Shown in pieces: positions 17,145 through 26,942 of a stretch of 61,038 nt of DNA (its first letter is position 1; every line of letters starts with the position of its first letter). Where the stretch lies: contig CAKOSA010000004.1 of the NCBI GenBank assembly GCA_934101865.1, positions 1 through 61,038 of the forward strand, read 5' to 3'. The translations under genes were made by a program, and so were the position numbers. The DNA comes from an uncultured Bacilli bacterium (lineage in GTDB: Bacteria > Bacillota_I > Bacilli_A > RF39 > UBA660). Under the pieces are notes generated by a model that saw only the letters and a program-made list of their open reading frames with translations, did no database searches and was not told where the DNA came from.

Positions 17145-18683
17145 ATGATTATTAGGAAGCCTTATGCTTTTTTGATTAAGAATTTTAAGAGGATTCATTT
17201 ACTTATTACATTGGTGCTTGTGTTTCTTATTTTTAGGAGTCATAAGTTATATGCTTTTATTAAGGGTCTTACGCTTGGAACATCTAATAGAAGAAATGGT
17301 ATTAATTTTATTGATTATGGGTTAATATTTGTGATATTAGTTGTTTTAGTGGCGTTTGGACTTATTTATTATTTAATGAGACATAAGAAGAAACCGAAGT
17401 TTATTTATATGGCATCTATAATTGGGTATTTTGCTTTTATAGTAGTTTTGGTACTTGTATTTAATTATTTTGGTGTTATTAAGAGTGAACTTGTAGAACA
17501 GAAAACGGCTAGAATTTTTAGAGATTTATTTAGGTTTTTACTGGTTTTTCAGTATATTATTACTATTTTTATGTTGGTAAGGGGACTTGGGTTTGATATT
17601 AAGAAGTTTGATTTTAAGAAGGATTTAAGGGAACTGGATATTAGTGATGTTGATTCTGAAGAAGTAGAGGTTAATGTTAATGTTAATACTAATGGTATTG
17701 GAAGATTTTTTAGGAAGATTTTCCGAAAACTGGGATATTATTTTCAGGAGAATAGGCTTGTTATTAGTGGTATTATTGTTATTGTTTGTGTTATTATTGG
17801 TATATCTATTTATAAGGGTTTTAAGGGTGGTAAGAGTTATGTGGATATGAATACTTATTTTAATTCTTATGCTTTTACTATGAAAGTTAATGATAGTTAT
17901 ATTACTAATTATGATGAGGATGGTAGTAAGCTTGATAATTATTATGTAGTGGTTAGTTTTAATGTTAAGGGGATTACTAATAATAAGAATAGTATAAGTG
18001 AGACGGCTCTTAAGCTTAAAGTTGGTAATAATATTTATTATCCTGATAAGGGGGATTGTTCTTATTTTGGTGATTTGGGTGGTTGCTATATGAATAGGAC
18101 GATTAGTAATTATGATTATAGGGATTATATTTTGGTATATAAAATTGGGGATAGGGATTTGAAAAAGAAGATGACGTTTATTTATGAATATGGTTATAGT
18201 GAGAAGGATGTATATTCGTTTAATGTTAGGATTAATCCTAAGAATTTGTATAGTAGCAGGGATGTTATTAGTGCTAAGGTTGGAGATGAGGTTAGTTTTG
18301 CTAATACGGCTTTATCTAGTGGTAAGTTTAGGGTTAATAGTTATGAGGGGGGAAAGAGTTTAGAGTATGTGGGTATTGATAGTTCGTGCGCCAAGGCGGG
18401 CTGTGAAAAGGAAGTAGTGAAGAGTATTAGCAGTGATAATTTTATTATGAAACTTGATTATACGAGTGATATTAGTAATATTTTTGGTAGTAGATTGTTT
18501 CTATATTATACGAGAGTTGGTTATTCTATAGATGGTGCTAATAAGAGTACATTCTTAAAGCGTATTAAGGTTAGTAATACGAAGTATATGTTTTTAGAGG
18601 GTCCTAGTGAAATGGAAAATGCTGATAAGATATGGCTTGATTTTAGTATTAGAAATAGTAAAATTAGATATTATTTGAAGTAA
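17145..18683 (+). CDS. Polytopic membrane protein with large extracytoplasmic C-terminal domain
   Basis: 512 aa with about 5 N-terminal TM helices followed by a soluble roughly 290-aa domain. No recognisable motif. Confidence 0.55.
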   Translation: MIIRKPYAFLIKNFKRIHLLITLVLVFLIFRSHKLYAFIKGLTLGTSNRRNGINFIDYGLIFVILVVLVAFGLIYYLMRHKKKPKFIYMASIIGYFAFIVVLVLVFNYFGVIKSELVEQKTARIFRDLFRFLLVFQYIITIFMLVRGLGFDIKKFDFKKDLRELDISDVDSEEVEVNVNVNTNGIGRFFRKIFRKLGYYFQENRLVISGIIVIVCVIIGISIYKGFKGGKSYVDMNTYFNSYAFTMKVNDSYITNYDEDGSKLDNYYVVVSFNVKGITNNKNSISETALKLKVGNNIYYPDKGDCSYFGDLGGCYMNRTISNYDYRDYILVYKIGDRDLKKKMTFIYEYGYSEKDVYSFNVRINPKNLYSSRDVISAKVGDEVSFANTALSSGKFRVNSYEGGKSLEYVGIDSSCAKAGCEKEVVKSISSDNFIMKLDYTSDISNIFGSRLFLYYTRVGYSIDGANKSTFLKRIKVSNTKYMFLEGPSEMENADKIWLDFSIRNSKIRYYLK

Positions 18684-18740
18684 AAATGGTAAAAATTTAT
18701 AATAATTGAGACATTTTATTAACTTTTCACATAAAATGTA

Positions 18741-18769
18741 TTGAAAAAGTTAATAAAATCTGCTATAAT
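18741..18769 (+). promoter_or_regulatory. Sigma-A-type promoter for the tRNA pair
   Basis: TTGAAA (18741-18746), 17-nt spacer, TATAAT (18764-18769), about 20 nt upstream of tRNA-Cys. Confidence 0.6.
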
Positions 18770-18790
18770 ACAGATACATTGATGAATTTT

Positions 18791-18864
18791 GGACTCATAG
18801 CCAAGTGGTAAGGCATGGGACTGCAACTCCCTGATCGTTGGTTCAAATCCGACTGGGTCCTCCA
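18791..18864 (+). tRNA. tRNA-Cys (GCA), CCA encoded
   Basis: Acceptor GGACTCA pairs with TGGGTCC. Anticodon loop is CTGCAAC. T-arm is GTTGG-TTCAAAT-CCGAC. Ends TCCA. Confidence 0.85.
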
Positions 18865-18882
18865 ATTTATCTTTTGTATTAT

Positions 18883-18959
18883 GGCGAGATAACTCAGTTG
18901 GCTAGAGTACACGGTTCATACCCGTGCTGTCGTGGGTTCGAATCCCTCTCTCGCTACCA
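18883..18959 (+). tRNA. tRNA with CAU anticodon (Met; Ile2/fMet not excluded), CCA encoded
   Basis: Acceptor GGCGAGA pairs with TCTCGCT (G1-U72 wobble). D-arm ACTC/GAGT. Anticodon stem CACGG/CCGTG with loop TTCATAC. T-loop TTCGAAT. Confidence 0.8.
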
Positions 18960-18987
18960 AATTTGAATTTATTTATTTATATATGTG

Positions 18988-19013
18988 AAAGAGATTGGTT
19001 CAATCTCTTTATT
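18988..19013 (+). terminator. Terminator after the tRNA genes
   Basis: 9-bp stem AAAGAGATT / AATCTCTTT with a 5-nt loop, followed by ATT (short T tract). Confidence 0.5.
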
Positions 19014-19055
19014 ACTAACTAAAAATTTTAATATTTAAAGAAAGGATGGATTTAT

Positions 19056-19247
19056 ATGGGTTATGGTTTAAATGATTTAGAGAATGCTCTTGAAAATCAA
19101 GACATTGTTAGTGCTAATTTTATAGTTGATGAAATTTGCAAAACAGGAAATAAAGAATTAATAAAAGTAGCAAAAGAAAAGCTTATTTATTTTTATGCTT
19201 ATGCTGATATGTATAAACAAAAAAAACCTGTGACATCTCATAGGTAA
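19056..19247 (+). CDS. Hypothetical small protein
   Basis: 63-aa ORF with AAAGGATGG upstream, followed by a strong hairpin terminator. Confidence 0.45.
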   Translation: MGYGLNDLENALENQDIVSANFIVDEICKTGNKELIKVAKEKLIYFYAYADMYKQKKPVTSHR

Positions 19248-19253
19248 TGAAAA

Positions 19254-19288
19254 AATATAGGATAGTTTGAATCCTATATTTTTCTTTT
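19254..19288. terminator. Bidirectional intrinsic terminator
   Basis: Perfect 10-bp stem AATATAGGAT / ATCCTATATT flanked by an A-run and a T-run. Lies between convergent small ORFs. Confidence 0.7.
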
Positions 19289-19303
19289 GGGCTAAAAGTA
19301 ATA

Positions 19304-19459
19304 TTATATTAGATTACTTTTGCTATCTTGATTCATATTGTTGTTACTGTTTTCGCGTTCATTTTGATTAGTGCTATGGCATTTATCTTTGTTAGAACGG
19401 TTACTTTTGTTTTTGTTTGAATCAAAACTATTTTGAGATTTGTTCTTTCCCATTTTCAT
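19304..19459 (-). CDS. Unlisted 51-aa very hydrophilic protein (small acid-soluble spore protein-like composition)
   Basis: Below the ORF-track cutoff. ATG at 19459 follows GGGTGA. Translation MKMGKNKSQNSFDSNKNKSNRSNKDKCHSTNQNERENSNNNMNQDSKSNLI. Ends before the bidirectional terminator. Confidence 0.4.
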   Translation of the reverse strand: MKMGKNKSQNSFDSNKNKSNRSNKDKCHSTNQNERENSNNNMNQDSKSNLI

Positions 19460-19572
19460 CACCCACTATTAATATGGTTTATTATTTATTTTTTATGTAA
19501 AAAAATTTAAAAAATGGTTTAATTAATTCTTTTTTTTTGGTACAATATATTAGTAAAGTGAAGTGATTATTT

Positions 19573-22500
19573 ATGAACGAAAATTTTAAAATTTTATTAA
19601 GTAATATTGGGATAGAAAGTGAAGAATTAGAGGGAGCAGGAATCGATAAGGTTGTTGTTCTTGATAGTAAAGATTGGGAATTTGTTATTAATACAAAATC
19701 TAATTTATCCTTAGATATTTTTAATCTTTTAAGAGATAAACTTAATAGTTATTTTACGGGTGTTCAGAATATTAGTGTTAGTATTAATCCCGAAAGTATT
19801 GATTATAAAAAGTTTAGGGATTATTTTGATGTTTATTTTAATGAGATTATTTCTTCTAATAGTAGATATGAAATTTTTAGGGATAGAAATTTTAATAGAA
19901 GTGGAGACGATATTAGCATTCCTATTTATAATAGGGTAGAATATGGTCTTATGAAAGATATTATTGGAGAGTTAAAACCTAAACTAGATAGAGCTGGGTA
20001 TGGTAATATTAATATGGGAATGGATATTGAGAAGGATGAAAATGTTAATGAAGAGATAAATAGGGATATGGAAGTGGGCGAGACTAATTATGTGTACAAG
20101 GAACCTAAGAGGGATTATAGAGAATACAGAACTCATAAAGGCCCACGTAGTGAAGAAATTACATTAATAAAAGATATTCGTAGTGAAATGGACAACATTA
20201 ATATTAAGGCCGAGGTGTTCGGGGTGGAATTTTTCGAGTCGAAGAGTGGGTTTAAGATTGTTACGCTCAAAGTGACGGATTATAGCGATAGTATGTATTT
20301 GAAGCTTTTCACCAAGGATGATGAGGAGTACGATGCGATTAAGAAGCTTATTAAAGTGGGGAAATGTTTTGTATTTTATGGTCGGGCAGTTATGGATAAA
20401 TATGCGAATGAGATTGCTTTTAATTCTAGGCTCAAGGATGTTACGGAGTGCGAGGGATTTCCGAAGGATAGCATTGTTGATGATGCCGAGGTTAAGAGGG
20501 TTGAACTTCACGCTCATACGATGATGAGCCAGATGGATGGTATTACGAGGGTGGATCTTAATAAGCATACTTGCGAACTTGTATCTAAGTGTATTGAAAT
20601 GGGTTACAGGGGAGTTGCTATTACTGACCATAATGGTTGTCAGGCTTTCCCAATTGCTTATGGTATTATATCTAGTTATAATAAGAAGATAGAGGATCTG
20701 AGTAAGCATTTTAAGGGGCTTTATGGAACGGAGCTTACCTTGGTTGATGATGAGGTTTATATTGTTGTCAGGCCGGATGATAGGGATCTTATGAGTAGCA
20801 CTTATGTTGTATTTGATACGGAAACAACGGGGTTTAATGCCGCGGGAGCAGACCAAATGATTGAAATTGGTGCGGTTAAGATTAAGGATGGGATGATTAT
20901 TGATAAGTTTGATGAGCTTATTGATCCGAAGAGACCTATTCCGGAGAAGATTACGGAACTTACTTGTATTACGGACGATATGGTTTGTGGTAAGGATGAT
21001 GAAGAGACGGTTACGAGGCGGTTTTTGGAGTGGACAGGCGATGCTCCAATGGTGGCTCACAATGCGAAGTTTGATATTTCCTTTCTTGAAAGTGCAATGA
21101 GGAAATATGGGTTGGGTGAGTTTACGAATACGGTTATTGATACGTTAGAGTTATCGAGAGTTTTGGATCAGGGTTACAGCAGGCACGGGTTGTCGGCTCT
21201 TGTTAAGAGGTACAATGTTCCTTGGGAAGAGGATGCTCACCACAGGGCTGATTATGATGCTGAGGGTACGGCTCTTGTATTTCATAAGATGTTAGAGAAG
21301 TTGTCGATGCAGAATTATGAGACTATTAATGATTTGGATAAGCTTATTAGTAAGGACGAGATTTATAAGTTTGGTAGGACATTTCATTTTAATGCTATTG
21401 CTCTTAATAAGATTGGGCTTAAGAATTTGTTTAAGATTATATCACTTGCTAATACTACTTATTTGTATAAGACACCGCGTATTCTTAGGAGTAAACTTAA
21501 TGAACTTCGTGAGGGGCTTATTATTGGTAGTGGTTGTTATGAGAGTGAAGTTTTTAGAGAAGCGAGGAGCAAGAGTGGAGAAGAGCTTAATAATATTATT
21601 GGTTTTTATGATTATGTAGAAGTACAGCCAATAGAGGTTTATGATCATCTTTTGCAGACTAGTGATTTTAAGAGTAAAATGGAAATTGAGGAGCATATTA
21701 AGAAGATAGTGGAAGCAACTAAGAATGCGGGTAAGATTATGGTAGCTACTGGTGACGTGCATCATTTTTCGAGGGAGGATAAGATATACAGAGAGATTAT
21801 TGTAAATCAAAAAATCCCCGGAGGGGGAAGACATCCGCTTGCTAAAAGGAGTATTACGAATATTCCATCGCAACATTTTAGGACTACGCAGGAGATGCTG
21901 GATGATTTTGCGTTTTTAGGCAAGGACGAGGCGTACGAGATTGTGGTTACGAATACGAACCGAATTTTGGATATGGTGGAAGAGATTGAGGTTATTATTG
22001 ATACGGGGGGGATTCCGTTTAGTCCGAGGGTTAAGAGTGATGACGGGAAGAGTTATTTGGATTGTCCGCGAGTGGTTACGGATTTGGTATTTTCAAGAGC
22101 TAGTGAGTGGTATGGAGAGGATATTCCTCATAATATAGAGGAAAGGATTTCGACGGAGCTTTATGGTAGTATTTTATATAGGGCAGTAGAGAAAATGGTT
22201 AAAGAGAATAATGTTGGTAAGAGTGAGGGCGAGATTACGGAGATTATTTTTAGTGAACTTCATAGGTATTTGGTAGCGGGATTTGATAGTGTCAAGGAGG
22301 TTGTAAAGGGGTTTGTAAAGAAGCATTGGAGTGAAGAGGACGGAGAACTTACAGAAGTGGCTTTGGATAAAAGGGTTAAGAAGGAGCTTGGTGGTGTTAT
22401 TGGAGGGGGATTTGATCCGATTTACTTGATTGCTCAGAGGCTTGTTAAGCATTCTAATGATGATGGGTATTTGGTTGGGTCTCGTGGTAGTGTTGGGAGT

Positions 22501-24180
22501 AGTTTTGTTGCTACTTTGATGGGAATTACGGAGGTTAATCCGCTACCGGCTCATTATAGGTGTTTGAAGTGTAAGCATAGTATTTTTAGGGATGATGATG
22601 GTAATGAACTTGGTGCTACTTATAGTAGTGGGTTTGATTTGCCGGATTTGAAGTGTCCTAAATGTGGGGAACTTATGTATAAGGATGGGCAGGATATGCC
22701 GTTTGCTACATTTCTTGGGTTTAATGCGGACAAGGTGCCGGATATTGACCTTAACTTTTCGGATTTGAACCAAGCATCGGCTCACGAGTATACGAAAGTG
22801 CTTTTTGGGGTTGATAATGTTTATAGGGCTGGTACGATTGGTACGGTGGCTGAAAAAACGGCGTTTGGCTTTGTTCGGGGATATTTTGAGGACAAGGGGA
22901 TTATGAATAAGAGTATGGCGGAGGTTGAGAGGTTAGCGATGGGATGTACGGGGGTGAAGAGGACGACGGGACAACACCCTGGGGGTATTGTTGTTGTTCC
23001 TGATTATATGGATGTTGCTGATTTTACGCCATATCAGTTTCCGGCTGAGGATGCTACGAGTGCTTGGAGGACGACACATTTTGATTATCACGCGATTGAT
23101 CAGGATTTGTTAAAGCTTGATATTTTGGGACATTCGGATCCGACCCAGCTTAGGCTTATTCAGGAATTGTCGGGAACGGATATTTTAAAGGTACCGCTTG
23201 ATGATAAGGAAACGATGAGTATTTTTACGTCTACTAAGGCTCTTGGTGTGACTAATGAAGAGATTATGTGTGAGACGGGAACGCTTGGTATTCCGGAGTT
23301 TGGAACACCGTTTACGATTAGTTTGGTTTATGATACTAAGCCGACGACGTTTGCGGAACTTATTAAGATTTCAGGGCTTTCGCACGGTACTGATGTTTGG
23401 CTTGGTAATGCACAGGATTTGATTAAAAATAATGTGGTTCCGTTTAAGGAAGTTATTGGGTGTCGTGATGATATAATGGTTTATCTTATGTATCACGGGG
23501 TGGAACCTATCAAGGCTTTCAAGATTATGGAGTTTGTTCGTAAGGGAAAGGCTAGTAAGGATCCGGATACGTGGGCTAAGCATAAGGAAACGATGGAGAA
23601 GGCGGACATTCCGGAGTGGTTTATTAATAGTTGTTTTAAGATTAAGTATATGTTCCCGAAGGCTCACGCAGCTGCTTACGTTATTAGTGCTTTTAGGATT
23701 GCTTGGTACAAAGTGCATATGCCGGTATATTTTTATGCTAGTTGGTATAGTACGAAAGCGACGGATTTTGATATTGATGCTATGATTGGGGGGTATGATG
23801 CGATTAGGGATGTTCTTAGTGATATTGAGAGTAAGGGATATGATGCTACTAACAAGGAAAATGGTGCTAAGGAATGTTTAAAGGTTGCTTTGGAGATGGC
23901 AGCGAGGGGGATTAGGATTAAGCCTTATAATTTGTATGAGTGTAAGGCTATGGTGTTTGATGTTGAAGATGATAAGACTATTATTCCTCCGTTTAGGGCA
24001 ATTGATGGTCTTGGGGATGTTGTTGCTAATAATATTGAGACGGAAGCTAAGAGGGCACCTTTTATTAGTATTGAGGATTTTCAAAAGAGATGCAAGGTTT
24101 CTACTACTTTGATTGATAAGATGAGAAGTATGGGAATATTTGAGGGAATGAGTGAAACTAGCCAGCTTTCTTTGTTCTAG
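19573..24180 (+). CDS. polC: DNA polymerase III alpha subunit, PolC type
   Basis: 1535 aa. PHP motifs (ELHAHTMMS, ITDHNGCQAFP), a 3'-5' exonuclease insert (VVFDTETTGF, AHNAKFDISFL, HRADYDA) and the polymerase core (VPDIDLNFS). Confidence 0.95.
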   Translation: MNENFKILLSNIGIESEELEGAGIDKVVVLDSKDWEFVINTKSNLSLDIFNLLRDKLNSYFTGVQNISVSINPESIDYKKFRDYFDVYFNEIISSNSRYEIFRDRNFNRSGDDISIPIYNRVEYGLMKDIIGELKPKLDRAGYGNINMGMDIEKDENVNEEINRDMEVGETNYVYKEPKRDYREYRTHKGPRSEEITLIKDIRSEMDNINIKAEVFGVEFFESKSGFKIVTLKVTDYSDSMYLKLFTKDDEEYDAIKKLIKVGKCFVFYGRAVMDKYANEIAFNSRLKDVTECEGFPKDSIVDDAEVKRVELHAHTMMSQMDGITRVDLNKHTCELVSKCIEMGYRGVAITDHNGCQAFPIAYGIISSYNKKIEDLSKHFKGLYGTELTLVDDEVYIVVRPDDRDLMSSTYVVFDTETTGFNAAGADQMIEIGAVKIKDGMIIDKFDELIDPKRPIPEKITELTCITDDMVCGKDDEETVTRRFLEWTGDAPMVAHNAKFDISFLESAMRKYGLGEFTNTVIDTLELSRVLDQGYSRHGLSALVKRYNVPWEEDAHHRADYDAEGTALVFHKMLEKLSMQNYETINDLDKLISKDEIYKFGRTFHFNAIALNKIGLKNLFKIISLANTTYLYKTPRILRSKLNELREGLIIGSGCYESEVFREARSKSGEELNNIIGFYDYVEVQPIEVYDHLLQTSDFKSKMEIEEHIKKIVEATKNAGKIMVATGDVHHFSREDKIYREIIVNQKIPGGGRHPLAKRSITNIPSQHFRTTQEMLDDFAFLGKDEAYEIVVTNTNRILDMVEEIEVIIDTGGIPFSPRVKSDDGKSYLDCPRVVTDLVFSRASEWYGEDIPHNIEERISTELYGSILYRAVEKMVKENNVGKSEGEITEIIFSELHRYLVAGFDSVKEVVKGFVKKHWSEEDGELTEVALDKRVKKELGGVIGGGFDPIYLIAQRLVKHSNDDGYLVGSRGSVGSSFVATLMGITEVNPLPAHYRCLKCKHSIFRDDDGNELGATYSSGFDLPDLKCPKCGELMYKDGQDMPFATFLGFNADKVPDIDLNFSDLNQASAHEYTKVLFGVDNVYRAGTIGTVAEKTAFGFVRGYFEDKGIMNKSMAEVERLAMGCTGVKRTTGQHPGGIVVVPDYMDVADFTPYQFPAEDATSAWRTTHFDYHAIDQDLLKLDILGHSDPTQLRLIQELSGTDILKVPLDDKETMSIFTSTKALGVTNEEIMCETGTLGIPEFGTPFTISLVYDTKPTTFAELIKISGLSHGTDVWLGNAQDLIKNNVVPFKEVIGCRDDIMVYLMYHGVEPIKAFKIMEFVRKGKASKDPDTWAKHKETMEKADIPEWFINSCFKIKYMFPKAHAAAYVISAFRIAWYKVHMPVYFYASWYSTKATDFDIDAMIGGYDAIRDVLSDIESKGYDATNKENGAKECLKVALEMAARGIRIKPYNLYECKAMVFDVEDDKTIIPPFRAIDGLGDVVANNIETEAKRAPFISIEDFQKRCKVSTTLIDKMRSMGIFEGMSETSQLSLF

Positions 24181-24408
24181 GGTTTGTGATTTTTAATGGG
24201 TCCGATAGGGCAGGAAATTTTACAGTTTTTGAGAAATTGTTAGGTGTATTGTGCAGTTTTTGAAAAATGGGAATATTTATGGTGCAGAAATGGGAAAACT
24301 GTAAAATTGTTGAAGAGGGAATGGGTAATTTTATCCATTTCTTTTTGTGTTTTAGTAATGTTTATATGTAACGGGCTTTCATATAATATTTTGAAAGGAG
24401 GCATTAGT

Positions 24409-24576
24409 ATGTATGGATATGGATATCCTTATGGGGGATATGGATATGGTGCAGGTAGTGGTTTTTGGATAATTATTGTAGTTCTTATTATATTCTTTGT
24501 TTTGTTCTGGGGTACTGGTAACAATAATGGTGGATGCTGTCCTCATAATTCTTGTAATGGATGTTGCCCTAAATAG
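24409..24576 (+). CDS. YjcZ-family-like small sporulation membrane protein with Cys-rich tail
   Basis: AAAGGAGG RBS 7 nt upstream. Sequence is MYGYGYPYGGYGYGAGSGF followed by the hydrophobic helix WIIIVVLIIFFVLFW, then GGCCPHNSCNGCCPK. The longer track ORF (24244) lacks an RBS. Confidence 0.6.
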   Translation: MYGYGYPYGGYGYGAGSGFWIIIVVLIIFFVLFWGTGNNNGGCCPHNSCNGCCPK

Positions 24577-24667
24577 TTTTGTTTTGTGATGACGAGAAAA
24601 GATATGTGAATTTGGAAAAATTTATATAGAAAAGACCCTATTCTTGTTTATGGAATAGGGGTTATTT

Positions 24668-25999
24668 TTAGTTTAATAAACTGGCAAAGGTATTTATATT
24701 GTAGTCTCTCATTACGTATATTCTTTTTAGGTTGTATGTATTTAGGTAGTTTGGATTTTCCATTCCGCTATCTGTACTTAGTCCGTATTTGTAGTATTTA
24801 CTAACTATATTTAGTACACGACTATCATAACTTCCTACGGGATAGGCTATTACATTTATGGGACTTCCTAATAGGTTTTCTAGGTCTTGTTTGCTTTGAC
24901 TTACTTCGTATTCAATGTCTTCATTTGATAGGGTTGCTAATTGTCTATGGGTTACAGTATGAGAACCTATTTCGAAGTTAGGGGAGTTATGGATTTCTTT
25001 TATCATATTGTTATCCATATAAACATCTCCACCAATCCAGCCACTAATTATGTAGGAATTTCCTTTTAAATTATATTTTTGGAGTATTGGCCAAGCATTG
25101 GTATAGATATCTTTGTATCCGTCGTCAAAGGTTATTATTACTGGTTTTTCGTAGTTATTTGCTGATGCTATTTCACTAGCAAATAGGGTAGTGTAGCCAT
25201 TATCTTTTAGGTATTTCATTTGTTTTTCAAATTCTGCTACTTTTACAAATAGGCTGGTTATGCCCCAAGGGTTGTCTAATACTCCGTGGTAACATAGTAT
25301 TGGAACGAGGCCTTTTGTTCCGCTATATACAGGTGTTTTTATAACTTCAATTTGTGTTTTTAGATTTAGGTTGTATTTAGTACTGAAATTATCTAGTATA
25401 TTTTTAGTGTCATTGTTTTTTGCTATGTATATATTATCTGATAGGGTGTATTCTTCTTTTTTTTCTTTTAGGTTGGTTATGTCATTTAATATGTCGTTTA
25501 AATTATTTATGTAGTCTGTTCGTTTTTGGTTTTCCGTTTCAATATTTTTTATAGTATTATTTTGATTATATATTTCTAGTGCGGTTTTTTTGTCTAGATT
25601 TTTGGGAATTAGATTTATGAATTCTTCTTCATTTATAGGAACTATGTTGGTATATTTATCTATTTCCACGGCTATATTTTGAGATATATTTTCTATATCA
25701 TCTTTGAAATTTTTATCTTTTAGTAGATTTATTTTAAATGTTTCAATATTTATTTTATTATTATCTTCTTGATATGTTATTATGTTGTTTAGGTATTCTA
25801 AGTCTTTTTCCTCAGTATTGTTGTTTGTAATTTGGTTTGTTCTGAAAAAGTTGTATCTTTCCTTAGTGTTATTTATTGTGATTTGCTTCTGTTTTTCTTC
25901 TTCTTTTCTTTGATGAGTTTGATATAAGTACAGTGATGTTAGAACTACGAGTAAAGTTACGATGATGATACCCCCGATTATTAAAAGTTTTTTCTTCAT
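24668..25999 (-). CDS. Membrane-anchored polysaccharide deacetylase (NodB/CE4 family)
   Basis: N-terminal TM helix, a long Asn/Lys-rich linker, then NodB motifs ITFDDGYKD and GSHTVTH. Confidence 0.8.
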   Translation of the reverse strand: MKKKLLIIGGIIIVTLLVVLTSLYLYQTHQRKEEEKQKQITINNTKERYNFFRTNQITNNNTEEKDLEYLNNIITYQEDNNKINIETFKINLLKDKNFKDDIENISQNIAVEIDKYTNIVPINEEEFINLIPKNLDKKTALEIYNQNNTIKNIETENQKRTDYINNLNDILNDITNLKEKKEEYTLSDNIYIAKNNDTKNILDNFSTKYNLNLKTQIEVIKTPVYSGTKGLVPILCYHGVLDNPWGITSLFVKVAEFEKQMKYLKDNGYTTLFASEIASANNYEKPVIITFDDGYKDIYTNAWPILQKYNLKGNSYIISGWIGGDVYMDNNMIKEIHNSPNFEIGSHTVTHRQLATLSNEDIEYEVSQSKQDLENLLGSPINVIAYPVGSYDSRVLNIVSKYYKYGLSTDSGMENPNYLNTYNLKRIYVMRDYNINTFASLLN

Positions 26000-26118
26000 T
26001 TTTATTCTTCCTCTTCTTATTATCTTAATGTTATAATATCATAATTTGATATATTTTGCAAATAGAAAAAAATCATAATAATTGTATATAAAAACTATTA
26101 TTATGATTTAAATAAGAA

Positions 26119-26733
26119 TTATATAATTGATTTTCTATTATAGTCTGTTATATCACTGCCTAATTTTTCGTAGAGTTCTTTTACGGTTAATTTCTTTGTT
26201 TGGATTTGTTCTAGTTCATCGTTAGTTATTCCGACAAATTCTATAAACTCTACTTTTCCGTTTGGAGTATCTATTTGGCCAAATTGCTTGTCGGGAATGG
26301 TTATTAGGGAATTTATTAGTGATTTTTTACTACAATCTATTCCGTCTGTTTTTCCTGTGTACATATATTCATAAGGTAGGAATATTTCTCCTTGTTTGAA
26401 TGTTGCACGGGCTAGGGTTTGTAGTAAAACACATATATTTTCTAGTTCTTCTGTTTCGTCTTCGTAGTTGTCTTTTTTTAATTTTAGGGTAAATTCCATT
26501 CCATAACCGCTTAATTCTTTATTTTTTGATACTTTTTCATATAGTTCTGATAATCCATAGGTTACAAAGTGCCAATAATCTCCTCCATCATAGATGCTTA
26601 TTCCGTCTAATGGATCATTTCCGCCAAGGGCCCAACTTATTATGGTTCCGTAGTGTTTGGGTTTTAATTGGTTTGGATATATTTCGTGGCATCTTTTTTC
26701 TATGGCATCCCAACCTGATGTGTTCTCTTTCAT
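26119..26733 (-). CDS. SUFU-like (suppressor-of-fused domain) protein
   Basis: GWDAIE...HYGT...GGNDPLDGISIY....YWHFVTYGLSELY pattern is typical of bacterial SUFU-like domain proteins. Confidence 0.55.
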   Translation of the reverse strand: MKENTSGWDAIEKRCHEIYPNQLKPKHYGTIISWALGGNDPLDGISIYDGGDYWHFVTYGLSELYEKVSKNKELSGYGMEFTLKLKKDNYEDETEELENICVLLQTLARATFKQGEIFLPYEYMYTGKTDGIDCSKKSLINSLITIPDKQFGQIDTPNGKVEFIEFVGITNDELEQIQTKKLTVKELYEKLGSDITDYNRKSII

Positions 26734-26749
26734 AAATCCTCCTTAAAAG

Positions 26750-26839
26750 TGTACCTAATTTGTACCTAAACGTATTTTTTATTTTGAAAACCCCCGTAAA
26801 ATGGGGCTTTATTTTCTCGATGGTGGAGCCGAGGGGAAT
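26750..26839. repeat. attL: 90-bp direct repeat containing a displaced 19-nt tmRNA 3' end plus terminator
   Basis: Identical base-for-base to 60891-60980. Contains TGGTGGAGCCGAGGGGAAT (reverse complement of ...CCTCGGCTCCACCA). Confidence 0.9.
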
Positions 26840-26942
26840 AAAATTACAATCTTTTAAAATCCCTAAAACCTTTAAAAACGGTGGTTTATCTTTTACAATA
26901 ATTGCTCCATCTGTATACTATTATACACCATTTTTGATTATT

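Noticed and set aside
24244-24408. Long N-terminal extension of the YjcZ-like ORF (110-aa version in the track).
   Set aside because: No RBS at 24244. The extension covers the intergenic repeat element. A strong AAAGGAGG sits just before the internal ATG at 24409, and the short form matches the family architecture.
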